From an uncultured virus (IMG/VR IMGVR_UViG_3300037067_014663) (lineage: Duplodnaviria; Heunggongvirae; Uroviricota; Caudoviricetes): a stretch of 64,000 nt of DNA. The stretch lies in the IMG/VR virus record IMGVR_UViG_3300037067_014663; one strand, 5' to 3'. Under the pieces are notes generated by a model. The model worked only from the letters and a program-made list of their open reading frames with translations, was not told where the DNA came from and made no database searches. Below, piece after piece: positions 20,119-29,638 of this stretch; within the stretch, counting starts at the first letter, position 1, and the number at the start of each line of letters is the position of its first letter. The translations under genes were made by a program, and so were the position numbers.

Positions 20119-20628
20119 TTAAACAACACGAATCAAAATACGTGGATACAACGTTCCTGTAGCAGAAGATTCAGAACCTTCAGCCGCAGAAATATCCAAA
20201 GCTTCAAGAGCAACACCAACAATAGATTTAAACGACAAATCCATACCAGCATCTACTGATTCGTAAGAATTTATAGTATCTAAAGATTTACGCAATTTAC
20301 CATTGCCAGCAGACACTAATTGTGTTCCTATGGTGATGGCTTGGCTGTTATCTTCCAATAAAGCATAAACCTGATCCCCACGACCGGGAATCCAAACCTG
20401 AACTTTATCGTCAGTGGCATACGCATCATCAATTCCTTTACCCTGTTTTTCATCCTCAATAGCAAACATCGGCATAGCAAAAGTTGCTGCGGAAGCGTGT
20501 TTTTTAATAGTTCCAGCAGTTCCACTTTCTTCAACGAGCATTCCCGGAGTAATTGCAGCAGCAGCCTTATACTCTTCAAAAATATCAGAAAAATTCTTAA
20601 CCATTATGGTATTATATGTTTTTGCCAT
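20119..20628 (-). CDS. Head decoration (cement) protein
   Basis: AAAAITPGMLVE..AIEDEKQGKGIDDAYA..LVSAGNGKL; between protease and capsid genes; strong SD. Confidence 0.8.
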   Translation of the reverse strand: MAKTYNTIMVKNFSDIFEEYKAAAAITPGMLVEESGTAGTIKKHASAATFAMPMFAIEDEKQGKGIDDAYATDDKVQVWIPGRGDQVYALLEDNSQAITIGTQLVSAGNGKLRKSLDTINSYESVDAGMDLSFKSIVGVALEALDISAAEGSESSATGTLYPRILIRVV

Positions 20629-22520
20629 TATTTACCTCCTTTCTCTTCTTTATTAACAGCAAACCCAGTAGGTAAAAGAAGCAAGTCTTCATCCTCTTTT
20701 GAATTGTTCAAAATAGAATTACCATTTAAAGACCAATCCATAGAAGTTGTTTCTTCTTTTACTTTAACTGAACTATATACTTTTTCAAGCATTGTTTCAC
20801 TCATATCATTTAATTCCACATCAGTCCAAGTGTCTTTTTCAACATTGTCCTGAATCCCTTTAATTAATTTCTGACGTTTTTCCTTCAACATTTTTTTGCC
20901 AAATTCTAAAGCAGCTTGATCTTCTGCTGAAAGCGTCTGTACTTCTTCCTTTTTTCCAGTATTTACTGCTGGTTCGTCTTTCGGCATAATTGAATTTAAA
21001 AATTCTTCCGATTGAGTCAATAAAAAAGGTCTGTGTTCCTCAGTATATGGTGTTTTATTGCTATTAATAATTGCAACAATCTTTTCCATACATTGACCAC
21101 AGGGTTTTGCTTGATCTGTCATGTTTGTAACCTCCTTGTTTGTTATATTTAAATTACTATTTTTTCTGTGCATACCCCCACTATTGGTACTCACATACTC
21201 TACTTTTTTACGCACTTCAATTGGATCCCCAGTAAAATTGACAACCCCGTCATCATCGATCTGGTAATTCTGTTTGTACAATTTAACTCCTCCTACACGT
21301 AATTTAGATTCGTATACAACATAAGAATCAAACACCTCCCGTAAGAAATGAATAGAATATTGTGTGTCCATGGCATCTATTTTACCTCGAAGGGCATCCA
21401 AACGTTCCATTAATCCAACATCTGCATAATCCACCAAATCATCTGCATACAAACCTACATCTTTTGCAGACCGGAATGCTTGAAATTCTTCATCTCGCAT
21501 ATTATCGGCCAAACTCGAAGCATCTATATTTAATTCCCTCGCCTTAGAAAGAATCTTTCTTCTCGCTGTGGCTTTTTCTTCTGCACTCAATCCTTGTGTT
21601 TGATTGAATCTTGCTAAAGCATTTCTAACATGTGCTGCATCAAATATAGGAAGTTTGCTTTCACTCGGTGGATCTCTTGGTACGGCGTAAAATTCAGAAA
21701 CACTCATTCCTAAGTCATTCCGTTTCTTTTCCATTCCAGTTACTACTGCATTATTATCCATACTTTTACTACCTCCTTTCTTTTTATTTGCACGAATGCC
21801 ACAACCATCCTCCACAGAACAAGCACCTGTCCCACCGGGCAAGAGAGCCAAATGATCCGGTCTGTGATTTCTGGCAATAGCATTGTATTCTTCCCCATTC
21901 CAATCCCCATTAGTATCTAAACGTTCGTCTTCTGTAAATACACCAACAGAAATTTCAATCATTTCATTTCGTTCCAATGATGCTAAAACATCTGGTGAAA
22001 TTTGCCTCAAAGCATCCTCACTTAACCATGCTTCAGATCGCAAACGTGTTCCATCAACAGACGTATTGTATGTTCTACCAACTGTCCTCGTGTCAATAAT
22101 TTTAGGAGAATTTGCAGAAACATAATTTCCTTCTTCATCTTGTGGATGATCAATCACAATTGGAATACCATCCCAAGATCCTGGAAATCTTCCTAAATCC
22201 TCTATTGTATGCAAAAGTGGCCCATGCGATCCTCTATGCACCCCTTCAACCATCATAATAACAGGAACAATAATAAAAGGTTTTCCTTGATGTGTTGTGT
22301 GTCGGATTGTGTAATTTTCATTTGATATTGTTTGAACGATTATACTATTACCCACCACACCGTTTGCCTGACGTATTGCAGAAGAGGCGCATGTTGCATC
22401 TGTACCACCTTTGGAAATACATCGACTTAAAATAGAATTTGCAATAGCAACCCATTGTTCTTCTTGTTTTGAAGTAAGTCCTTTCTTGTGTTTTTTTACA
22501 TCACCTATAGTAAATGGCAT
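20628..22520 (-). CDS. Prohead protease / scaffold (ChaB-like N-terminus, DUF2213-like protease, DUF6582-like insert, scaffold)
   Basis: Protease motifs WDGIPIVIDHP, EISVG, PDHLALLP..GACSVEDGCG; insert KLPIFDAAHVRNALARFNQ; charged helical C-terminus. Confidence 0.85.
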   Translation of the reverse strand: MPFTIGDVKKHKKGLTSKQEEQWVAIANSILSRCISKGGTDATCASSAIRQANGVVGNSIIVQTISNENYTIRHTTHQGKPFIIVPVIMMVEGVHRGSHGPLLHTIEDLGRFPGSWDGIPIVIDHPQDEEGNYVSANSPKIIDTRTVGRTYNTSVDGTRLRSEAWLSEDALRQISPDVLASLERNEMIEISVGVFTEDERLDTNGDWNGEEYNAIARNHRPDHLALLPGGTGACSVEDGCGIRANKKKGGSKSMDNNAVVTGMEKKRNDLGMSVSEFYAVPRDPPSESKLPIFDAAHVRNALARFNQTQGLSAEEKATARRKILSKARELNIDASSLADNMRDEEFQAFRSAKDVGLYADDLVDYADVGLMERLDALRGKIDAMDTQYSIHFLREVFDSYVVYESKLRVGGVKLYKQNYQIDDDGVVNFTGDPIEVRKKVEYVSTNSGGMHRKNSNLNITNKEVTNMTDQAKPCGQCMEKIVAIINSNKTPYTEEHRPFLLTQSEEFLNSIMPKDEPAVNTGKKEEVQTLSAEDQAALEFGKKMLKEKRQKLIKGIQDNVEKDTWTDVELNDMSETMLEKVYSSVKVKEETTSMDWSLNGNSILNNSKEDEDLLLLPTGFAVNKEEKGGK

Positions 22521-22521
22521 T

Positions 22522-22929
22522 TTATTTTCCTCCCCTGGTTGTCATATCGTAATTAAGTCTAATCATTTCTTGTGTAATCCTATATTCATCATCTTTAGCC
22601 TTTTCAAAATCCCTCTGATTTTTATCAATTAATTTAGCTTGTATTTGTTTCATTTGCGCCATAACTAATTGAACAGGCAAAGAAAACTTTTTAGTAATTT
22701 CAAGTTTTAACTTATCATTTTCCTCTTGAAACAATGCCTTAGTCATATATTCTTGTTTAATAACAGCTATTTCCCGACTATTATATATATTATTTGCTTC
22801 AAAACCTAAAAGTAAAGTCAGAATTAAACCAAGTACCCATTTCATCCAAGAAAAATTAGAATTAACCTCCGTGCAAATTTCTTCACGTACTTCTCTTTTA
22901 AAACAATCAATTTGTTCCTGTGTCATCAT
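22522..22929 (-). CDS. Membrane-anchored coiled-coil protein
   Basis: One hydrophobic segment (WMKWVLGLILTLLLGF) followed by a helical region. Confidence 0.6.
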   Translation of the reverse strand: MMTQEQIDCFKREVREEICTEVNSNFSWMKWVLGLILTLLLGFEANNIYNSREIAVIKQEYMTKALFQEENDKLKLEITKKFSLPVQLVMAQMKQIQAKLIDKNQRDFEKAKDDEYRITQEMIRLNYDMTTRGGK

Positions 22930-23132
22930 TTTGAAAGTATTTCTAAATAAGTATTAGTCTTTCTAACTTCCCTTATTAAAGTATCTACCTTCGGGGTTAT
23001 CTTTTTAAGTATAAATGAATTTTGATTATCAACATACGTTTTATCTGCTTTTTTAGATATCAATAGCAAACAAATAACAATTAAAATAAACAAAATTGTA
23101 TGATATACCCAATTACCATCCCAGCCTTTCAT
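22926..23132 (-). CDS. Small single-TM protein
   Basis: 68 aa with TILFILIVICLLLI; overlaps the next start. Confidence 0.6.
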   Translation of the reverse strand: MKGWDGNWVYHTILFILIVICLLLISKKADKTYVDNQNSFILKKITPKVDTLIREVRKTNTYLEILSK

Positions 23133-23140
23133 ATCTTACC

Positions 23141-23530
23141 TTATTTAAACCATTTTGCACATAATTCAATAATTGCTACAATTGTTAACATTGCTCCTTC
23201 TAATAAAACAAAAAATAAACTAAATGTTCTTGAATTTATCTTTTCTTTAAATTTAATAATATCAAGATTAGATAAAGCAGTATTAAAAATAAGAAGACTC
23301 CCAAAAAATATAATTAATGTCCATATTGCCATAGTTGTTAACACATTAAATCGCATTGGAAGAAGGATTATTGCCGTCCCAAAAGGAATCATCCAAATAA
23401 TAATATAATGCACAGTTCGCCAAAAATACTCATAAATAAATGGCTTATCCCCTTTTATAATATACGCCATATAACACCCAACAACAATTAACATAAAAAT
23501 TATCCAACGAGTTAAAATTAAATTATTCAT
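23141..23530 (-). CDS. Four-TM membrane protein
   Basis: 129 aa with four hydrophobic segments. Confidence 0.65.
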   Translation of the reverse strand: MNNLILTRWIIFMLIVVGCYMAYIIKGDKPFIYEYFWRTVHYIIIWMIPFGTAIILLPMRFNVLTTMAIWTLIIFFGSLLIFNTALSNLDIIKFKEKINSRTFSLFFVLLEGAMLTIVAIIELCAKWFK

Positions 23531-23759
23531 AATTCAATCCTTTCTTTTATTTTAGGTATTGGTAAAGGTGGCTCCTCTACTGGTGGATTTCGTTTCATAA
23601 TATATTTATTAAATTAAAAAACTGTTTTGATCAAAATATTAGATCGAGTAATTTTTATTATTTTAAACTTTTCCTGGTTCAACTACAGGATCTGGGGTAT
23701 AATTTATCCAAGGATGAATAACTGGTTCTGGTGATTTTGCATAATAATTTTTCATAATT

Positions 23760-24314
23760 TTAAGTTTTAGATTTATAAATAATTTTATAATTTGGATCGT
23801 ATAATAATTGGAATATATCTACAATATTTGTATCTTTTTCATAATTTTCAGGATTTAGATTCTTTCTACATAATCTTGTTGATTGATAACAGTAAAGAAC
23901 ATGGTCATTTTGTTTATTGAAAGTATTAATTCCTAAGTAAACCAAAATTATCCACCGAATAAAATTTGCAAATTGATAGAGTCTTGAGATTGTAACCAAG
24001 TGCTGACAGTAATTTATGATTTGATTGATTTCAGTAGATGATAACTCTTTTTTTCTTCGCATAATAACAAAATCATCTTTTTCCCAATCGTAATGATTTT
24101 TGAATAACCAAGGTTTATATCCACTATCGATTGAGCCATAAACATAAAGTTCCCCAGCTATCCATATAAATCTTGCAGCATGGGAAAAAAGCAAATCAGT
24201 TTTATATCCTTTCTTTTTTCCCCATTTCTTCATTACAGAACAAATATTTTTACTTAAAAAACTTTTGTCCTTTCTGAATAAATCATCACCGGTTTTTATA
24301 TCTTCTAAATTCAT
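23760..24314 (-). CDS. Permuted papain-like (YiiX/YebB-type NlpC/P60) protein
   Basis: GDDLFR..FSHAA (His first) ..LYCYQ (Cys late). Confidence 0.65.
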   Translation of the reverse strand: MNLEDIKTGDDLFRKDKSFLSKNICSVMKKWGKKKGYKTDLLFSHAARFIWIAGELYVYGSIDSGYKPWLFKNHYDWEKDDFVIMRRKKELSSTEINQIINYCQHLVTISRLYQFANFIRWIILVYLGINTFNKQNDHVLYCYQSTRLCRKNLNPENYEKDTNIVDIFQLLYDPNYKIIYKSKT

Positions 24315-24332
24315 AAATAAGTTTTAATTAAA

Positions 24333-26036
24333 TTATCTTGTTGTTACTGTCCATAATGCCGCAGTGCCAGGAGGAGTAGGTGATCTATATGCTTGTAAAG
24401 CTGCTTTATCAATTATACCTTGACCAGTTGGTGATCCTGAAGATGCAGAACCAGCAATATTAATACTACGAGTTGCCCATATTTTTCCAGTAGAATCTTT
24501 ATTCAACCAAAAATCAGCTAATAATTGATTTACATTTTCACTTGTTAACGTCACAAGTGAGTTAACATATAAATCACTTAAATTAGGAATATTTGTTACA
24601 TTACTATATGACAATGTACTATTTCCTGTAACACCACACCTATATAATTTAGTCAATGCAGCAATATCCCCAGTAAGTGTATTACTACCTGTTATAACTA
24701 AATGGATCACATTTACTAATCCAGCTACTGATCCGTATAAAGTATTTGCTCCAGAAACCATTAACCAAGAATTGGCATAGTTGCCGATATTTGTAATATC
24801 TCCGGTTAATGTCCCTAAAACTCCTTTATTGTATTGCAAGAATACATACGTTAATGGCAATCCTGTTAAATCCCCATAAATGTCTGTATTTACTCCGTAT
24901 GATCTTAAATCTGATAATTTAAGCAGTGTAGTAATATCCCCATAGGCATACCCATTACCAAATAACCGAATGCATGTTAAATGGGAATCATAACCAGTAA
25001 TATTCATTGCAATTGTATTATTGCCACTTATGTAATTTGCAATCATATAAGGAGTGGTTGTTTTATTAAAAATACCCCCTAATATCGCTGCATTTGTACC
25101 AGATGTCCAACCTATAGTCAAACTATTTCCCCATTGTATTAATGAATTATTGCTTAATGTTAAATTAGCTGTTCCAGAAGAGCATCGAACATAAATAATA
25201 TCAGATTTTCCCGTAGTTATATTCCAAGTATTTGATTCATTTAATGTTCCTTCTGAATCTGAATAAAATCTTGCACTACCACTTAATGTTGCTACAGTAG
25301 TCTGTGAAGTTGTTAAATTAATCATAGATACACCAGTACCATTACCAGAAGTTGTTAAAGTAAATGTTACTGGATCACCAGGTTGAACAATAATTTTATA
25401 ACCGTATTTTTGTCGTAATTTGCTAACTAATAGTGTATGCGATAAATAAGCCCCATATATAGTTGGGTGTAAATTATCACCAAAAAAAGTTGAATTTACT
25501 GGATATTGTAATTCTGCAATTGTATCAGTATCCAACAAAAATAAATTATTAACTAAAGACAAATCATTCCTACATAAATTATTAAAAATATTTCTTTCTG
25601 ATTCAAAAATAGCCGATCTTCCTGCATTTGAAGGTGTCATTGTAAAAGTAAATACTTTCCATCCTGTGTTAACTCTTGCTTGTACATAAGATTTTAAAGA
25701 ATTGTATAATGTAGTACCTTGCCCAACAGTATTTATAATATCATTAACTCCTATCCATAATACCAATACATTCTTTTTAGATGTTGTTTCTTCAACTAAA
25801 TAACTGTCAATCGTAGCTGCCCTTGATATAACAGCATCAATACCACAACCACTTACGGAAATATTATGCACAATATTAGGTACATATAATGCGGGGAATA
25901 AATATTCCATAGAAGAATTAGGAATCATGAATGAATGTCCTTCTACAACAACATTTAAATCAGTTATAGCACCACCTTGCATCATCCAATTTCTTACAAT
26001 ACTCATACAGCCACCCCATTTAATATAGAAACCCAC
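24333..26036 (-). CDS. SGNH/GDSL hydrolase fused to a Leu/Gly-rich repeat solenoid
   Basis: VVVEGHSF, NISVSG, WIGVND, DNLHPT..G; C-terminal repeats of the type YGDITTL, TGDITNI, TGDIAAL. Confidence 0.75.
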   Translation of the reverse strand: MGFYIKWGGCMSIVRNWMMQGGAITDLNVVVEGHSFMIPNSSMEYLFPALYVPNIVHNISVSGCGIDAVISRAATIDSYLVEETTSKKNVLVLWIGVNDIINTVGQGTTLYNSLKSYVQARVNTGWKVFTFTMTPSNAGRSAIFESERNIFNNLCRNDLSLVNNLFLLDTDTIAELQYPVNSTFFGDNLHPTIYGAYLSHTLLVSKLRQKYGYKIIVQPGDPVTFTLTTSGNGTGVSMINLTTSQTTVATLSGSARFYSDSEGTLNESNTWNITTGKSDIIYVRCSSGTANLTLSNNSLIQWGNSLTIGWTSGTNAAILGGIFNKTTTPYMIANYISGNNTIAMNITGYDSHLTCIRLFGNGYAYGDITTLLKLSDLRSYGVNTDIYGDLTGLPLTYVFLQYNKGVLGTLTGDITNIGNYANSWLMVSGANTLYGSVAGLVNVIHLVITGSNTLTGDIAALTKLYRCGVTGNSTLSYSNVTNIPNLSDLYVNSLVTLTSENVNQLLADFWLNKDSTGKIWATRSINIAGSASSGSPTGQGIIDKAALQAYRSPTPPGTAALWTVTTR

Positions 26037-26371
26037 ACCTTTCCATTGATATACTCAAATGTCAATAAATTTGCTATTGCCGCAGTACTATCATAAGTAC
26101 CTACTTGGTAATCACACGCCGTCAAAACAGGTGAATGACTACCATCACCAATTAAAACTATTTGAGCTCCGCACCCTTCTATTGGATTACTGGCAATTAT
26201 AAAAATATCATTTGTCGTTAAAGTTTTTCCTGTAATAATCGTTAATTGTCGATTCAAGGCAATTTCTGTAGTCACAGAAACAATATCCCCAGATACTAAA
26301 TTCTTAACGACCACCCCTGCACCGGACATTCGTTCTTTAATAATATCGACTTCCAAAATTTGTTTTGTCAT
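26003..26371 (-). CDS. Hypothetical beta-rich protein, possibly structural
   Basis: 122-aa ORF between MuF and the SGNH gene. Confidence 0.6.
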   Translation of the reverse strand: MTKQILEVDIIKERMSGAGVVVKNLVSGDIVSVTTEIALNRQLTIITGKTLTTNDIFIIASNPIEGCGAQIVLIGDGSHSPVLTACDYQVGTYDSTAAIANLLTFEYINGKVWVSILNGVAV

Positions 26372-26396
26372 AATATATTTAATTTTATATTTATTA

Positions 26397-27383
26397 CTAA
26401 TTTTTGTTCATTATATATTTTACATTTATTGGAATAGCACAACATCGACATTTTGGATGTGCTGGAATCATTTTTTCAATTTGATCTAATGTATAAGGAC
26501 CTCCTTTAGCTAATGCAAAACAACGAGAACATACTTGTTTATCCCCCGCAGTAACAAATTCTGCTTCAACCATAACCCCTTCCACACCCCAATTCCGCAT
26601 TTCCTGTACATTTCCTAAATGGTGTGCTCGGATTACTTCAGTTCTTGCAAGTGTTTCTGCCCGTCTTCTTGCAGGAATAAATCTACCCAATGAATCAACT
26701 AATGATAAATCATCACCAATCACAGAAGTTATCTTTCTTGCAAGTAAAATTGGATTGTCCCCGTCAGCTAATCCTTGTGCAAGAATCCTACTAATTTTAT
26801 TATCCATTTCTACAGTTATTCCTTTTAATTCAGAATATACTCGTGTATACAATAAACCTAACCTTTCTAAATGAAAGGGGGTATTCATTGACACGCCGAT
26901 ACCTCCCGTATCATCTATAGAGGGAACGTTATACCCAGCCTTTCGGAGTTCAGAACGTGCCCGAATGATACCCCTTTTATAACTATCAAAAACATACATA
27001 TTTGTCCAAGCACCATTAATACTTGAACCAACCTGTTGTAAATCCAGAACATCTATTACTCCCTTATTTACCTGTTCCTCTAACCATTTCATAAATTGTG
27101 TTAGTTTTACATCACTTCTGGAAAAAGCAAAAGCACCCTGTCCTGAAGTTTGCATTTGATGCGTCACAAACTGTGGATCATTCATTATTGTAACAGCTTT
27201 ATATTTATCCAAACCAAAACAATCCTCATCAATTACAGTACGTCGAATAATATTTATTAATTCATTGAAACGACTCCGCATATCACGAGCAAACATATTG
27301 CGTAATACAAGCGTGTGCGTAGGATCATAACCTTCCCTGGTTGCTTGTGTTGTAATTAAACTATATGTTTTTGTTTCAATCAT
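26397..27383 (-). CDS. MuF / SPP1 gp7-like head morphogenesis protein
   Basis: RAETLARTEVIRAH..TAGDKQVCSRC..IPAHPKCRC; follows the portal gene. Confidence 0.9.
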   Translation of the reverse strand: MIETKTYSLITTQATREGYDPTHTLVLRNMFARDMRSRFNELINIIRRTVIDEDCFGLDKYKAVTIMNDPQFVTHQMQTSGQGAFAFSRSDVKLTQFMKWLEEQVNKGVIDVLDLQQVGSSINGAWTNMYVFDSYKRGIIRARSELRKAGYNVPSIDDTGGIGVSMNTPFHLERLGLLYTRVYSELKGITVEMDNKISRILAQGLADGDNPILLARKITSVIGDDLSLVDSLGRFIPARRRAETLARTEVIRAHHLGNVQEMRNWGVEGVMVEAEFVTAGDKQVCSRCFALAKGGPYTLDQIEKMIPAHPKCRCCAIPINVKYIMNKN

Positions 27384-28858
27384 ATTACTGATACTTTTAT
27401 ATTATTTACGGGTTTCTTAATTTTAATCTTTACAGGTTTAACCAATGCTTGCTGTTGTGATTGATCTGGTAATTCCGGTTCTTCCAAACTCTTATGTTGT
27501 GCTGTTTCTCTTTCTTCCTCAGTAAATTCAGATTCTACCTGAACTTCCATCTGATCTACTTGATCTTCATCCAAACCAAGAAAAAATTCCCTAAATGCTT
27601 TATGTGGAACAACCAATTCAGTTCCCGGATTTGATAAATAATCTTTAAGTGCAGAAGCTCTATTTCGTCCTATTTCAACCCTTGCTTTCTCACTCATTGA
27701 AAAAAGATCTGACCAACCTAACCGATATTTTCCACTTTTAGGTTGAGGCAATACGCCTAATTCAATACACCTATTTACAAAAGGACGAACAATATGTGGT
27801 TCTGCATGTTCATCACGTCTTATTTTTACATACGTGGACCATTCATCCTGATCCTGTGTACTAGCTAACTCTCCACGCTCACTTCCGGTTAGTATTCTTT
27901 TGGGAATATTTGTAATTGCTGAAATCATTTGAATCTGCGCATTAATATGGGGAATTGGGTCTGCTATTTGTTGTTCTAATGCTTTATAATCAATCCCCTC
28001 ATTAATTAATATTCGGCGTAAATTATGCTCATATTCATTAACCTGATTTAATAAATCCACCTTCATTTCCGGAGTCATCTGAAAATTTTCATCAACTTTA
28101 CCAGAATACCCAGGACGTGCCCCTCTCCAATACATTTCCGCATCACCACCCACAATCTTTTCCAAATCCATCAAACGGTTGTATACAACTTCCAATCTTG
28201 GAGCACCTTCAATTTCTGATTCCAATGGATCGTCTACAATGTGTATAAGTCTGGAATGATGCACTCTTACCGAAAATGAACTTGCTGTTGATGCTTCAGT
28301 TACCATAACAGAATAAATTAAAGGCATACCATACCGGGGATCTTTAGGATTTGTTTCCCATGTTGTAATTATCGCATTTTTTGAACCAAACGGTTTTACA
28401 TACTCCAATTTATATTTTCTTCCTTTCTGAACAGGATTCTCAAAATTTTCTCTAATTTTAACGTCATCTAAACCCAATAACAAAACTCCATAAGTGCCAA
28501 GCCCAGCTAAACGATCTACACGACTAAATCTCGTTTTTAATCCTAATTTTTCACTTAAATCTATCCATGATTTTTCAAACTCTGTCTCATCCTTTTCTTT
28601 CATTTCGTAGACACCTAATGTCCCTTGCCAAGTTGCTTTAACAGGACGGTCAATAACAGCCTTTGCAATATCCTGTCTGGTATACTGTGCTAAATAATCA
28701 TCATACAAAATAGTTCGCGGATAACCTAATGCCTCATATAAATCACGATTTCCATCAAACTGTTGTAAACCCAAACGGGAAGAAAAAGTAGCACGACCTA
28801 TTAATGTGCCTAATAATTCCGTATCCACTTGGATCATTTTTCGTTTTCTTTGCATCAC
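27380..28858 (-). CDS. Portal protein (DUF1073-like)
   Basis: 492 aa between terL and MuF; IAKAVIDRPV..TW, VHHSRLIH, IPKRILTGSERGELAS.QD. Confidence 0.9.
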   Translation of the reverse strand: MMQRKRKMIQVDTELLGTLIGRATFSSRLGLQQFDGNRDLYEALGYPRTILYDDYLAQYTRQDIAKAVIDRPVKATWQGTLGVYEMKEKDETEFEKSWIDLSEKLGLKTRFSRVDRLAGLGTYGVLLLGLDDVKIRENFENPVQKGRKYKLEYVKPFGSKNAIITTWETNPKDPRYGMPLIYSVMVTEASTASSFSVRVHHSRLIHIVDDPLESEIEGAPRLEVVYNRLMDLEKIVGGDAEMYWRGARPGYSGKVDENFQMTPEMKVDLLNQVNEYEHNLRRILINEGIDYKALEQQIADPIPHINAQIQMISAITNIPKRILTGSERGELASTQDQDEWSTYVKIRRDEHAEPHIVRPFVNRCIELGVLPQPKSGKYRLGWSDLFSMSEKARVEIGRNRASALKDYLSNPGTELVVPHKAFREFFLGLDEDQVDQMEVQVESEFTEEERETAQHKSLEEPELPDQSQQQALVKPVKIKIKKPVNNIKVSVI

Positions 28859-28945
28859 TATCTTTTATTTAATGCATACACAAATATTTTATAAGCACCA
28901 GTCAAAACCAATTTCTCCTAATGTTCTACTATTTATTATTTCTTT

Positions 28946-29152
28946 TTAATTTAAAAGTTTTACATTAATTGCTTGCATTCCTTTTTTTCCTTGTTCTATT
29001 TCAAAAGAAACTTTATCGTCTTTTTTAATCCGTATTTTCAATTTTGAAATATGAACAAAATACTCATTCAAAGAAGCATCATCAGTAATAAAACCATACC
29101 CTTTATTTTCATTAAAAAACTTTACTACTCCAGTATTCACTTGTATTTCCAT
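28946..29152 (-). CDS. Cold-shock domain protein
   Basis: GVVKFFNENKGYGFI (RNP1), YFVHIS (RNP2), GKKGMQAINV. Confidence 0.95.
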   Translation of the reverse strand: MEIQVNTGVVKFFNENKGYGFITDDASLNEYFVHISKLKIRIKKDDKVSFEIEQGKKGMQAINVKLLN

Positions 29153-29164
29153 TTTAATTTAAAT

Positions 29165-29374
29165 TTATTTATTAATTAATAATCCACCCTTACTTATTCT
29201 ATTCACATTCGGTTGTCGATTAAATAAACCAGCTTCCTTTTTTCTTTTTAAAATTGTTAATCCAATTTCTTTGGAATCTTCTGCCCAACTTGATTTAATT
29301 TTATTCTGACAAGTTTCATAACTTAATCCATCACCAATCATAAAATCTATTGTATCTTCTAATGTCATACTCAT
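29165..29374 (-). CDS. Hypothetical protein
   Basis: 69-aa co-oriented ORF preceded by a palindrome copy. Confidence 0.55.
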   Translation of the reverse strand: MSMTLEDTIDFMIGDGLSYETCQNKIKSSWAEDSKEIGLTILKRKKEAGLFNRQPNVNRISKGGLLINK

Positions 29375-29400
29375 ATTTTCAATTTTTAAACTATTTTAAA

Positions 29401-29437
29401 AAGCTGTTTTAAAATCAAAATTGCTTTTGACTTAGTG
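29401..29437 (-). repeat. Dispersed 37-bp palindromic element, copy 2
   Basis: Minus strand CACTAAGTCAAAAGCAATTTTGATTTTAAAACAGCTT. Confidence 0.9.
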
Positions 29438-29455
29438 TAAGAACACTTTTACTAT

Positions 29456-29638
29456 TTACAATTCCATTTGGTAAATAATATTTACTGCAAATCCTTCCTC
29501 ATTTACTTCAAATTTCACATCATCTCCAATATCTATTACATCCACTAATCCACTTATGCTGAATCTATACTCATCCACCCCATTATCGTTAAGAATAATT
29601 CCACACTTTCCATCAAAAATTTTTATTACTCCTGTCAT
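29456..29638 (-). CDS. Divergent cold-shock-domain-like protein
   Basis: MTGVIKIFDGKCGII..EYRFSISGL..IGDDVKFEV..AVNI follows the CSD pattern but lacks several RNP aromatic residues. Confidence 0.65.
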   Translation of the reverse strand: MTGVIKIFDGKCGIILNDNGVDEYRFSISGLVDVIDIGDDVKFEVNEEGFAVNIIYQMEL

